A stretch of DNA of 64,000 bases from Octopus vulgaris (Eukaryota). The DNA lies in assembly GCA_951406725.2 (NCBI GenBank), contig OX597834.1:39742001-39806000 (forward strand), in the 5' to 3' direction. Positions 13,167-25,951 of this stretch are shown piece by piece. Below the pieces are notes generated by a model. That model saw only the letters and a program-made list of their open reading frames with translations. It ran no database searches and had not been told where the DNA came from. The position numbers and the translations under genes are program-made. Numbering within the stretch: the first letter of the stretch is position 1; every line of letters begins with the position of its first letter.

Positions 13167-13527
13167 GTGGAGGCGCAATGGCCCAAAGGTTAGGGCAGCG
13201 GACTCGCGGTCGGAGGATCACGGTTTCGATCCCCAGACCGGGCGTTGTGTGTGTTTATTGAGCGAAAACACCTAAAGCTCCACGAGGTTCTGGCAGGGGG
13301 TGGTGGCAACACCTGCTGCAATCTTTCGCTCCAACTTTCTCTCACTCTTTCTTCCTGTTTCTTGTTGCCGACTTCCTACGCAACCGCTGAGCCTGGATGC
13401 GTATTCATCCATCCGTCGATGCTCTCAGTGTTGGGGATTGACCTGCTTTTTCTTCTGCAGGTCTTACGAATAGCAAAGGACCACATTTCAGACTTCTCCC
13501 ATTCTGAGACGAAGACTGCTTCGCTCA
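13167..13527 (+). mobile_element. SINE family D, tRNA-derived head, with alternative 3' tail
   Basis: GGAGGCGCAATGGCCCAAAGGTTAGGGCAGCGGACTCGCGGTC...GGTTTCGATCCCC shows A-box/B-box tRNA-like layout. The tail is shared with 17458-17628. Confidence 0.82.
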
Positions 13528-13794
13528 ACAGCAACAGCAACAACAGCAGCAGTAGCAGTAGTGGTGGTGGTGGAGTGATCTTGCTGAAGTTAAGTTCAAG
13601 AAGTTTAAAAATCATTTTTTTTCATCTCAACAAAGATTTCGGAGATACAAAAGAATTTCAAACAAAACAAAGGGGACGAGAGGAAGTTAGAGAGAGAGAG
13701 AGAGAGAGAGAGAGTGAAAGGTGTAGAGGCAGGAGGAGAGGATGTACTGTATGATCCATTCAAATTCACACCAGCATGGAAAGGCGGATGTTGA

Positions 13795-14265
13795 ACCAAA
13801 TGATGTTGATGTTGAGGGGAATGATGATGAAGATAAAGTGGTAGTGCTGGTGATGATGATGATGGTGATGGTGATAACAGTAGTGGTATTGTTGATAATA
13901 GGGATACGGATAATGGTAACAAAAATAATGGCAATGATGATGGCGATTACGGTGTTGGCGATGATGGTAATGATGATGATGGTGTTGATGATGAGGGTAA
14001 TGATGATAATGGTGTTGTTGATGATGATGATAATGGTGTTGCTGATGATAATGCTGATGATGACGATGGTGGTGTGCGATGATGACCATGATGATGATGA
14101 TGATGGCCATGATGATGATGATGCTGATCGTTTTGATGATGATAATGGTGTTGCTGATGATGATGATGGTGGTGTGCGATGATGACCATGATGATGATGA
14201 TGATGCTGATCGTGTTGATGATGATAACAATAGTGTTGATGATGCTGATAATGACGACGATGAAG
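13795..14265. repeat. Degenerate (GAT)n tract; one representative of many microsatellites, e.g. (GATA)n 10750-11030 and 23935-24125, (TA)n 14870-15010, (GA)n 45045-45128, (GAA)n 45490-45758, (TG)n 57580-58600
   Basis: Directly visible. Confidence 0.95.
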
Positions 14266-14303
14266 AAAGTTTCTACAGGAAACCGTTCTGATGTTGTTCT
14301 TAC

Positions 14304-14318
14304 ATCAGACAGCAATAT
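14304..14318 (-). other. Candidate 15-nt microexon
   Basis: Minus strand tgctttcccatgttcttcgctttcag|ATATTGCTGTCTGAT|gtaaga. Confidence 0.4.
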
Positions 14319-14867
14319 CTGAAAGCGAAGAACATGGGAAAGCAATCAAGGCAACTCCAACCCCCAAAGATTCTAACCTCCCCCCCTTCACCCATCCCCG
14401 TCTACATAAAACATGGAGTAAGAAAGAAGCAAGCCAGGGCACTGATGGGCAGTGGTGGGGAGGAGCAGGGAAGGTGTGAAACGATGGAGAGAGTTTTCCG
14501 TCAGTGTTAGGTACTTTTTTTTTTCCGGTACCTTGTTTGTACGAAGATCAATTTGTAAATACCAATTCTGATAATGTTCTTGCTTGTTTCTCCGGCTGCC
14601 GTGAATATATTAGCATTTTGTCTAATATTTTGTTTTCTTCCCCTTCAAAACGGTATCCAGAAAATGGCATAAACAGGCCAAGTCTGGAATAAGTTGATTC
14701 CAATTAACTAAGGCGTGGCCTGTATGGTAAGAAGCTTGCTTCCCAGACACATGTTTCCGGGTTCCGTCCCACTGCTTGGCATCTTTGGCAAGTGTCTTCT
14801 ACTATAGCCTCAGGCCGACCAAAGCCTTGTGAGTGAATTTGGTAGATGGAAACTGAAAGAAGCCCAT

Positions 14868-14983
<116 letters not shown>

Positions 14984-15099
14984 TATGTATGTATATATAT
15001 ATATATGTATGTACACACACACATATATGAACCAACATAACGTAATACCAATATCTAATAATTAATATATTAACATTATTTTATATTTCTTACTAACAT

Positions 15100-15478
15100 A
15101 TTCTTTTTTACTTTAGGCACAAGGCCCCAAATTTAGGGGGTGGAGGCCAGTTGATTAGATCAACCCCAGTACATAACTGGTACTTAATTTATCGAGCCCA
15201 AAAGGATGAAAGGCAAAGTCAACCTTGGTGGAACATGCTAAGGTTTCTACCAGTTCACTGCCTTCTTTGATAATCTTTTCTACTCTAGGCACAAGGCCCC
15301 AAATTTTGGGGGTGGAGCCCAGTCAATTAGATCGACACCAGTACACATCTGGTACTTAATTTATCGAGCCCGAAAGGATGAAAGGCAAAGTCGACCTCAG
15401 CAGAATTTGAACTCAGATGAAATTCAGCCAAGCATTTCGCCCGACATGTTAGCATTTCTGTCAGCTCACCGACTTTTC
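15100..15478 (-). mobile_element. SINE-B variant, tandem copies
   Basis: AGGCACAAGGCCCCAAATTT...GAAAGGATGAAAGGCAAAGTC repeated twice. Confidence 0.75.
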
Positions 15479-16052
15479 TTACTGACATATTGGTTAATAT
15501 TAACATATTTCTCTGTCGCTCTACCAATATAACTAGCTTCTCTATGAACAAATGGCAATTTTGTCTTAGAAACTAATATCTGAAGTCTACAAGTAAGGTG
15601 TCTCTATGTGTGTGTGTGTGAGTGCATGTGTGAGTGTGCATTTGAATGTGTAAGTGTGTGTGTGTATGTGTGAGTATATGCTTGTATGAGTGCGTGTGTA
15701 TGTGTGAGTATATGTTTGTATGTGTTAGTGTGCATGTTTGTATGCGTGAGTGTGTGTTTGAATGTGTGTGTGTTTGTATGTGTGTGTGTGAGTATTTTTG
15801 TATGTGTGTGTGTGAGTATTTTTGTATGTGTGAGTGTGTGTGTTTGTATGTGTTTCTTTGTGTATGTGTGTGTGAGTATTTTTGTATGTGTGAGTGAGTT
15901 TGCGTGTGTGCAAGTGCACATTTGTATGCATAAGCGTGTTTGTATGTGTGTGAGAGTGTTTCGTATGCGTGAGCGTATATGTTTGTATGCATGAGCGTGT
16001 GTTTCTGTTATGTGTGGTGCAAGCGAAATAGTATTTATTTTCTGAGTCATAC

Positions 16053-16097
16053 CCATAATACTTTCTTCAGTGAGCACTCAGTGTAAAGATGCCTGTC
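16053..16097 (-). other. Candidate 45-nt exon
   Basis: (CT)n-cag|GACAGG...TTATGG|gtatga; open only in phase 0 (DRHLYTECSLKKVLW). Confidence 0.25.
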
Positions 16098-16099
16098 CT

Positions 16100-16173
<74 letters not shown>

Positions 16174-17457
16174 GGCAAGGTGTATATATGTGCGTGTTTG
16201 TCTTGTTTGATGTGTGAAAAGGTATGATGTGTGTTGTATGAGTCTGTCTCGTTGTTTATAAACCTGCTGAATATATAATCTACGCATCCCACCGTTCCCC
16301 TATTCATCATTTATAAAGCACTTTCAGCATCACAGAAGAGTGTACCGCCCACCTACGTTTGATTACACTCCCCTCATGCACACGAACCACTTAAGTATTC
16401 ACACACATACACACACACACAAACACACACACACACATGCATAGAGGATGGTTGATTGACTGTATTAGATTTCTGGCTTATTCTGAAGTAATTAACGAAA
16501 TTAAGCTAAGTGAACTGGCTGAGACCAGGAACTGAAACCTTTATTCAGGTTTGGCACAAAAGCGGCGACACTTAAATGTATTAAAAGACAAACATGAGAA
16601 GGTTAAAAAACCGATGGGTTGGGTCAGCTTGGCTTGGCTTGGCTTGGCTGGTCCCAGATAATATTGTACTGGAAACTATGAGTCAAGCTGCCCTAAAAAT
16701 ATCTAGATAATTCAGGAGGTACCTTCCACAGCATTCTGAGTCCCCCACCCAGCCTGTAGTTTTCGACCCTTTTTTTTGTCTATGGACCCTGTTGATTCTC
16801 ATTTTACTCTACGGGGACCCTGATACCCCGCTAATTCTTTTATTTTTATACTCTTTTACTTGTTTCAGTCATTTGACTGCAGCCATGCTGGAGCACCATT
16901 TTTAAGGGTTTTAGTTGAACAAATCGACCCCAGGACTTTTCTTTAAAGCTTAGTACTATTGAACTGCTAAGTCATGGGGATGTAAACACCGGTTGCCAAG
17001 TGGTGATGGGGCGGGGTGATAAACACAGTCACACACATCTCTCTCCCTCTCTCTCTCTAGCTACATCTACAATTCCAACCTCACAACAGGCATAAGGCTC
17101 ACATCTATAATACAAGCCACACAACACTGTAGCTCTCTTGCTAAAGTCACTTCTACAATGCCAACCACACAACACACTCCCCAACTCACAAAAGTCACAT
17201 TAACAACACTAACCACACAACACTTACCTACCTCCCTCTACAATCACATCCACAACACCAACCACACAACACTCTTATCCCTACTCATAACACTTACATC
17301 TACAACACCCAGAACACTTCAAATGTGATCCCATAAAGACTTCCTTTTGTACCCCGCCATAAAAATCTTTCTTTAAAAATATTACACAGATAGGAGGGAG
17401 AATTGATTTCCTACCATGTCTTATAATAATGAGAAAGTCATAGAAATTGTTTGTTTG

Positions 17458-17628
17458 TGGAGCGAAGCAGTCTTCGTCTCAGAATGGGAGAAGTCCGAAA
17501 CGTGGTCCTTTGCTACTTGTAAGATCCACAGAAGAGAAAGCAGGTCAACCTCCGACACTGAGAGCATCGACGGATGGATGAATGCGCATCCAGGCTCAGC
17601 GGTTGCATAGGAAGTCGGCGACAAGAAA
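17458..17628 (-). mobile_element. 5'-truncated SINE-D tail copy nested in the long-TIR MITE
   Basis: Reverse complement of about 13358-13527. Confidence 0.8.
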
Positions 17629-17707
17629 TTAAGACTTCATTTCTGTATTATAAATTCATGTCCCAAGGTTAGGCAAATTTCATAGAGTTAGGGAATTTAG
17701 GCCTTAA

Positions 17708-17922
17708 CCCTTTTGTTACTGTATTTGTTTTTAGACGCCCTGTGTTTCTTTCAATTGATAAAACAAAGAATTTAGTAAAATAACTTAGTTATCATTAAGC
17801 TAGTGTTAGGAACATAAATTGTGACTAAGGTTTGGTGGAAGATTTTAATTCAGAACTTATGAAAACAAGATATTTGTACTACAGAGCAAGAGCCATTTTC
17901 AGCCGGGTTGGTAATGAAAGGG
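17708..17922. mobile_element. piggyBac-type MITE
   Basis: TTAA on both sides (17704-17707 and 17923-17926); terminal inverted repeats CCCTTTTGTTAC / GTAATGAAAGGG (10/12 match). Confidence 0.8.
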
Positions 17923-18183
17923 TTAACATTAGGTAAATTGGGACACAAATATACATAATTCAGAAATGAAGTTCTTTTAATAGAAATTCTTAATTTTTAT
18001 GATTTTTTCATCATTATTTTTATAAGACATGGTAGGAAAACTATTTTCCACCATGCGTAATATTTTTCAAAAAAAATTTTATGGGGGAGTACAAAAGGAA
18101 GTCTTTCCGTGACCCCTTATAAACCCACTTCTTAAGGGACTTTATAGGAACCAATTCTGTGTCCTAGAAATGTAGAAAGACTA

Positions 18184-18418
18184 AGGCGGCGAGCTGGCAG
18201 AATCGGTAGCATGCCGGGCAAAATGCTTTGTGGTATTTCATTTGCGGTTACATTCTGAGTTTAAATTCCGCCAAGGTTGGCTTTGCCTTTCATCCTTTTG
18301 GGGTCGATTAAATAAGTACCAGTTATGCATTGGGGTCAATGTAATCGACTTAATCCCTTTGTCTGTCCTTGTTTGTCTCCTCTATGTTTAGCCCCTTGTG
18401 GGCAATAAAGAAATAAGA
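18184..18418 (+). mobile_element. SINE-B, full length, flanked by a direct repeat (AGAAATGTAGAAAGACT), a probable target-site duplication
   Basis: Complete copy; AGAAATGTAGAAAGACT occurs immediately before and after it. Confidence 0.85.
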
Positions 18419-19456
18419 AATGTAGAAAGACTGGTACTGGAATTGAACCAAAGATCTTAGTGACCCGACCAGCTGTGACTTTATTCTCAGAGAACAAATG
18501 TAGTAAAATATGAATGAGAATGGATTAAATTTTGGTGGAAAATTAAGAATTATTAAATTGCTAAGAACAATGAGGAAAAAACTAATTAAATATTTGATTA
18601 TGAGTTAATTGACTGAAGTCGTTTGGTTATAAGTCGAGAAAGAGAGAGATGAGGGGGCAGGGTGAGAGGAAGAGAAGGAGAAAGAGAGAAGAGGAAGGGG
18701 GAGGGGAATTGCAGTGAGAGAACAAAATAGAGAGAGAAGTGGGTGACGAGAGAGAGACAGATAGATGGGAAGAGAGAGAAAGAGATAGATAGAGATAAGT
18801 AGAGAGAGAGAGAGAGAGAGGCAGACAAGTAGATACATAAATAGATGGAGAGAAAGAGAGAGAGAGAGAATGGTAGATAGGTAGATAGATTTAGAGAGAG
18901 AGAGAGGGATGGAAATGAAGGGAGAGAGAGAATGGTAGATAGGTAGATAGATTTAGAGAGAGAGAGAGAATGGTAGATAGGTAGATAGATTTAGAGAGGG
19001 GGGAGAGAGAGATTGGAGGGGGAGAGTGAGGGGGTGTGAGGAGTTAAAATAGTAATAATTAATTGAAATAATAATTAGCTTTATTTCCAAATGAAATACA
19101 GGAAACAAATAACTCCATACCGTTTTCCCCCACCCTGGGCCTTGAAAGCAATTTAAGTGACAATTTGTCGTGCAACAGAGAGAACAGTTGGATGTGAAGC
19201 AGTGATGTTTATTTTTTCATCTGCATTCACAATATTCTGTTGATTTATTTAATAACGAGAACAAACAGAACGAAACAAAGGAAATAGTTCGTTAAAAATA
19301 AAGGAAAAGAAAATTAATTCTATTGATTAACCTCTGACCTAGCAGCTTCCTAATTCTCTCAATTTGCATTTGTTACGAGTTCAGTTTATTTTTATGTAAT
19401 GAACTACAAAAACAATTCTTTCTTTAACAGACAGACACAAGGCCTGACATTTCATT

Positions 19457-19487
<31 letters not shown>

Positions 19488-19701
19488 AAATCTATCTACC
19501 TATCTACCATTCTCTCTCTCTCTCTCTCTCTAAATCTATCTACCTATCTACCATTCTCTCTCTCTCTCTCTCTCTCTAAATCTATCTACCTATCTACCAA
19601 TCTCTCTCTCTCTTGGTAACACCAACCCCAGTACTCAGCTGGTACTTATTTCATCGACCCCCAAAAGGATATATAAGTTGAGCTTAGCAGAATTTGAACT
19701 C

Positions 19702-20085
19702 TCTTTTACTCTTTTACTTGTTTCAGTCATTTGACTGCGGCCATTCTGGAGCACCGCTTTAGTCGAGCAAATCGACCCCGGGACTTATTCTATTGGTCTC
19801 TTTTGCCGAACCGCTAAGTGATGGGGACGTAAACACACCAGCATCGGTTGTCAAGCAATGCTAGGGGGACAAACACAGACACACAAACACACACACATAC
19901 ATATATATATATACATATATACGACAGGCTTCTTTCAGTTTCCGTCTACCAAATCCACTCGCAAGGCCATTGGTCGGCCCGGGGCTATAGCAGAAGACAC
20001 TTGCCCAAGATACCACGCAGTGGGACTGAACCCGGAACCATGTGGTTGGTTAGCAAACTACTTACCACACAGCCACTCCTGCGCC
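19702..20085 (-). mobile_element. SINE-A, near full length
   Basis: Colinear with 306-723 and 43818-44215. Confidence 0.85.
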
Positions 20086-21539
20086 TGAACATAAAAACAG
20101 ACAAAACCCACCAAATATTAACAATAATGGTTTATGATTTTTAGATACAAAACCGGCAGCTTAAAGGAGAGGGAGTTAGTTGACACAGTCAACTCCAGTA
20201 CTTGATTGTACTTTATTTTACTGACCCCACTGAAAGGATGAAGAACAGATCTGACTTTGACCGGATTTTAACTCAGAATGTATAGAGTTGGATCCAAAGT
20301 CTGCTGCTGTTTCTGTCAAACATACACAACAGTATTAATAATGATGGAGGTGTCTTTTATATTTATTTTGTTTCAGTCTTTAGACTGCAGCCATGCTGGG
20401 GCACCAACTCGAAGAATTTTTAGCCCCAAAAATTGACCCCCAACACATATTTTTTAAGCCTGGTACTTCTATCAGTCTCTTTTGCCACACTGCTAAGTTA
20501 TGGGGATGCAAACACACCAACACTGGATATCAAGTGGTGTAGTGGGGAACAAAGACCCACATTGATGTGACAGGCTTTTTTCAGTTTCTGTCTACGAAAT
20601 CCACTCACAAGACTTTGGTTGGCCCAAAGCTATACTAGAAGACACTTGATCAAGGTGCCACGCAGTGGGACTGAACCCAGAACCATATGGTTGGGAAGCA
20701 AATTTCTTACCACACAGCCATATCTGTACTTTTATTAAAAAAAAAAGAGAAAAAAAAAAAATCTTTTTTTTTTTAATCTCATATGATTTGAACTCAGAAT
20801 GCACAGTTTACTTAGTCTATCCAAGAACCACCCCAGCTGCTGCTGCTCCTACAACTATTATAACTACTTCTCCTCAGTGTTATAATATATTTCTTTATTG
20901 CCCACAAGGAGCTAAACACAGAGGGGACAAACAAGGACAGACAAAGGATTAAGTCGATTACATCGACCCCAGTGCGAAACTGGTACATTATTTATCGACC
21001 CCGAAAGGATGAAAGGCAAAGTCGACCTCGGCGGAATTTGAACTCAGAACGTTAGTGCCCGGCGCACTAACATGTATGCCAGCTCGCCGCCTTATAATCC
21101 GTGTTAATATTATGTTAAAAGAAGTCATGAATTCATGAACGTCTGACGTACAATTAGATGAGTTTGACTCGAATCTGTCTGAGAATCAGGTCTGCCTGAC
21201 CTGGATCGTCACAACATCCATTGATGGCTTGTATATTATTTGCCAACCGAACAAAAGGCTTGTTTTTGTATCGGTCAGAGAATACTTCAAATACACCACA
21301 CAAGCCTTATTATGACGTAAACACAAAAGCATAAATAAAACAGTTTTTTTTTATGGTTGACTGCTTCAGATCTCGCTTATTTGATGAGAAACTAGATAAC
21401 GAACGAACAAGAGATGACGATGACGATCACTTCTTTTATCATTTAAATGGCCATTTTAACATTTCAGTCATAAAAATCTTTAACCTTTAATCGTTTACAT
21501 ATGATACTAACGACATGTAACATTGTGCTATGTTCAATA

Positions 21540-21943
21540 TTATTGCAGTATATATCACAGTATTGTGGTATACATCATGCTATTGTAGCATATATCACTG
21601 TATTGTAGTATATTCCATGATATTGTGCATATTTCGTGATATTGTGCATATTTCGTGATATTATACATATTTCATGATATTGTGTATATTTTGTGATATT
21701 GTGCATATTTCATGATACTGTGCATATTTCATGATACTGTGGATATTTCATGATATTGTGTTTATTTCATGATATTGTGTATATTTTGTGATATTGTGCA
21801 TATTTCATGATACTGTGTATATTTCATGATACTGTGCATATTTCATGATATTGTGCATATTTCATGATATTGTGCATATTTCATGATATTGTGCATATTT
21901 CATGATATTGTGTATATTTCATGATATTGTACATATTTCATGA
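21540..21943. repeat. 19-bp minisatellite (ATATTGTGCATATTTCATG)n preceded by diverged 20-bp units
   Basis: Directly visible tandem array. Confidence 0.95.
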
Positions 21944-21989
21944 TAGATGAAATGCAGTGAGCATTTATTTTGTCAGCATACTAACAATT

Positions 21990-22470
21990 CTTATTTCTTT
22001 ATTGCCCACAAGGGGCTAAACACAAAGGCGAAAAACAAGGACAGACAAACAGATTAAGTCGATTATATCGACCCCAATGCGTAACTGGTACTTATTTAAT
22101 CAACCCCGAAAGGATGAAAGGCAAAGTCGACCTTGGCGGAATTTGAACTCAGAATGAAGCGGCTGACGAAATACTGCTAAGCATTTCGGCCGGTGTGCTA
22201 ACATTTCTTCAAGCCCCCCGCCTTAATCTTTTCTACTCTAGTGACAAGGCTCGAAATTTAGGTGGGGTTGCAGTTGATTAGATCGAACCCAGTACGCAAC
22301 TGCTACTTAATTTATCGACTCCAAAAAGATGAAAGCAGAGTCAACCTCAGTGGAATTTGAACTCAGAACGTAAGGACAGATGAAATACCGCTAAGCATTT
22401 CACCCGGCGTGTGCTAACGTTTCTGCCAGCTCACCACCTTACAGCTCTAACAATTCTGCCAGCTCACTGC
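21990..22470 (-). mobile_element. SINE-B copies. Others at about 20888-21092, 32555-33500, 34780-35200, 50110-50250, 57228-57345 and 63915-64000.
   Basis: Same diagnostic block. Confidence 0.8.
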
Positions 22471-23738
22471 CTTTGAAACAACTTTAAAATAAGGTTGTTA
22501 ATGTTATGTAATAAATTGTGTAGCAAATAGAATTACTTTTTCTTTCTCATAAGTAGCGAGGGGAGAAAATCAAGATGGGAGCTGGTAAAGGTGGCGAAAA
22601 CAAAGAATCACTGTTATAGAACATGAAGATATGAAGAAAATCATTTTATTTGAGGGATTTGAGGTGTGTGTGTGATGGGTTCTACTACAAGGCTCTGATA
22701 TAGTCAACAAGCCTGTTGATGCATCAGATCAACATCAAGGGTCTGTTATGACACCCTGATCCCCAACAAGGGGAAATCACTCCATTTGCTAGAAATGGTA
22801 ACTGAATCCCTCACTTCAAATCAAACCCTACTGCCTTTGAAAAACACATAGGTATTAAAGAGATAATTTACTCCAGGGTGGACTATGCTTAAATAAAAGA
22901 CAAGGTGGTCATGCTTAGATCATAGTTGATCCATAGTTTTGCTGTGTTAAGGCTGGCCTAGGGTTAAACAACAACAACAACAAAGACAGTCACAGCAGAA
23001 TGCTGACATAACTGGATCTGACTGGTTCCATTGTTAGTGTTAAATGATTATGGAAATTCACTGACCATAATTTCATTAATAAATGAAAATATTGGTTTAG
23101 TGTCTTTGACAATGGCATTATTGCTAAGAACAAGGGAGGCTGCCAAAAATAAAACAAACAAAAACAAACAAACAAAGAAGGAAGTAAACAAAAATAAAAA
23201 CCAAAACACAAACAGTTCCACAACACAGAGAGAGAGAGAGGTCTGATAAATGGAAATAATATAATAAAAAATTGAAACCTTCAATATTGAATTAAAGACC
23301 AGCAGAGGGTGGATAGAAGGGGTGGGTGGGTGGATGGCTGAGGGTGGCGGTGTCATTGTGTAATTTATAAACAAAGGTGAGGGAGAAGGGTTCAGGTGGG
23401 TGAGAGAGAAACCGATGAGATAAGGGGGGTTATATTTCCCTACCTCTCCTTTTTGAAGGGGGTAAAAACAAAACCAAAGGGGGGAAAAAAAAAACCTCAC
23501 TTCCTTCATTTGAAGAGAACATTTCCTCTTTTGAATATATTGGTGGGGTGGGGGTGGGGTGGGGTGGGGTGGGGTGGGGTGAGGTGGAGGTTTCTATTGT
23601 GGTAAGTATGGAGTCACAGTGTCTGGTGTATTGAAGCAGGACCCAGGTTTTCATCACAATGCCCTGCTTACTTCAGATGTTTAACCATTCCAACCCTGGT
23701 CTGCAACCCTCCTTCCCTCCCTCCCTCCCTCCCTCCCT

Positions 23739-23792
<54 letters not shown>

Positions 23793-23969
23793 TATTTCGT
23801 GTTTAACATTCATCAAAAGATTCTTTAAACATTTACTTATTATTTGGCATCCATTGTTTATCCCTAGACAATGTCAGTCCTTCTTCCTCTCTTGAAGTCT
23901 ATACACACACATATACAGAGACAGATAGACAGACTGATAGGTAGGTAGATAGACAGGTAGATAGATAGG

Positions 23970-24013
<44 letters not shown>

Positions 24014-24014
24014 C

Positions 24015-24049
<35 letters not shown>

Positions 24050-24139
24050 CAGGTAGATAGACAGGTAGATAGATAGATAGATAGCTAGATAGATAGATAG
24101 ATAGGTAGATAGACAGGTAGATAGACAAAGAGACACACA

Positions 24140-24496
24140 TCTCTCTATATATAAACGGCAGTTTGTCTGTGCGTGTTTCTGTAGGTAGGTTGTACCTTCA
24201 CCCTGACCACGGCTTTCAAGATTCTGATGAAACTTGACACACACGTAGCCCAATGTCATAATTCAAAACTAACGAGCGAAAATTTTGAAAAGTTCCCCCA
24301 GTTCTGAAAAATAGATAGACATGGGGTAGAATCAAGAACACAAACCACAAACTGTGTAGGGGACGCAACTCCACCTTTTTAACTATCAAAAAAAATTTAC
24401 CATCATTTTTTTGCTGTTTTTTGAGCTATAACTCTCTAAAAATGCTTTATAGTTATTTCCCTTACAAACCTGAGCAACGCCGGGCGATACTGCTAG
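24140..24496 (+). mobile_element. Non-autonomous Helitron, copy 2
   Basis: A|TCTCTCTATATATAAACGGCAG...CCTGAGCAACGCCGGGCGATACTGCTAG|T; colinear with the reverse complement of 6754-7137. Confidence 0.8.
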
Positions 24497-25661
24497 TATA
24501 TATATATAAACAGATAGGTAGACAGACACACCAACTGACAGATAGATACAAGGATATATGCATAGATGTAACAGGCTTCTTACAGTTTCCGTCTTCTAAA
24601 TCTACTCACAAGGCTTTGGTTCACCTAGGGCTATAGTTGAAGACACAGACTCAAGGTGCCACGCAATGGAATTGAAACCCCGAAGTACAAGATTGGGAAG
24701 CAAAATTCTCAACCACATCATTGTTTCGAGATGTTCTCTGTTGAGCATTATACCAATTCTTTCATTCTTTCAAAATTGGTAAAATAAGCAACAGTTGAGT
24801 ACAGGTATCGTGGTAATTGATTTACTCCTCCACCCCCATAATTGCTGGCCTTGTGCCAAAACTTGAAACCATTATTATTGTTGTTGCTGTTAGAGAGGTG
24901 CATTACAGAACTTTGAGATGATGAAAGGCAAAGTCAACCTCAGTGGGGGGGCTCTGAAAGGGTTCTTAGGGAGTAGTGTCCCTGCTTTCCTGAGCTAGTT
25001 TTCCACCACATTTCTCAAAAATCATGTAGAGGCCTTGATCTCAGGACCACTCATGTCTAGAAACTGAGGTGGGAGGTAAGCAAGGGAATGCTCCCTGTAG
25101 AAAATCCAGTTCTAAAAAAGCCTCATAGTAGCAAAGGAGAATGGGCACCAGCAAGCCCAAAGGTTGGGGTGGGCTGCCCCTACCTATCGGTTGCTATGAT
25201 AATGACAGTAACCTACGACTTGTATCATAGGAGATACAAAGACAGACATTTTGTGGAAAGTATATAGTTAATTAAATCAACCCCAGGATGATGAGAAAGA
25301 CAACGTTGTTTTTCATAAGATCTGAACTCAGAACATAAAGGGAGATAACTAAATGCAGATTCTTTGGTCAACCACCTTTGATTCTGACCTGCACCAGATT
25401 TAGAACAGCAACAACAACAGCACCAATAGTAAAGAAGTATTTATTTTTTTATGCAATGTTAAATTAAGATGTGGTTGTGGTGACATTTTGTCAAGTGCTT
25501 CTGTTGATTGTCGACATATGATGATGATGATGATGATGATGATGATGCAGAACACAGAGCCGACATATTGGCTTAACCTTCAGCATCCAGCTGAGTTGAG
25601 GAGACATGCAACAGAAATACTCTTATGTACACACACACACACACACATACAAGCACATAAA

Positions 25662-25708
<47 letters not shown>

Positions 25709-25910
25709 CAACGTTGTTCTGGTGTCCTGTACCCATATATGCATGTATATATACATGTAGATGTAGGTACGTACATATATGTATGTATATATGTATATGT
25801 TTTATTTATTAATTTATTATATATATACACACACACACACACACATTATAGATTACTGATGCATAAAATGTGTTTCAATGTTTTATGATCCAACAGAATA
25901 TACATACATC

Positions 25911-25951
<41 letters not shown>

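Larger units (their letters stand above)
17325..18116. mobile_element. Long-TIR MITE (about 120-bp TIRs, possibly PIF/Harbinger) hosting nested insertions
   Basis: AAAGACTTCCTTTTGTAC...TTTCCTACCATGTCTTATAA (17335-17450) is mirrored by TTATAAGACATGGTAGGAAA...GTACAAAAGGAAGTCTTT (17990-18106). The right end GACCCC|TTA is compatible with Harbinger; the superfamily call is an inference. Confidence 0.7.

Noticed and set aside
13167-13235. tRNA gene
   Set aside because: There is no complete cloverleaf or acceptor stem, and the sequence runs into a SINE body.
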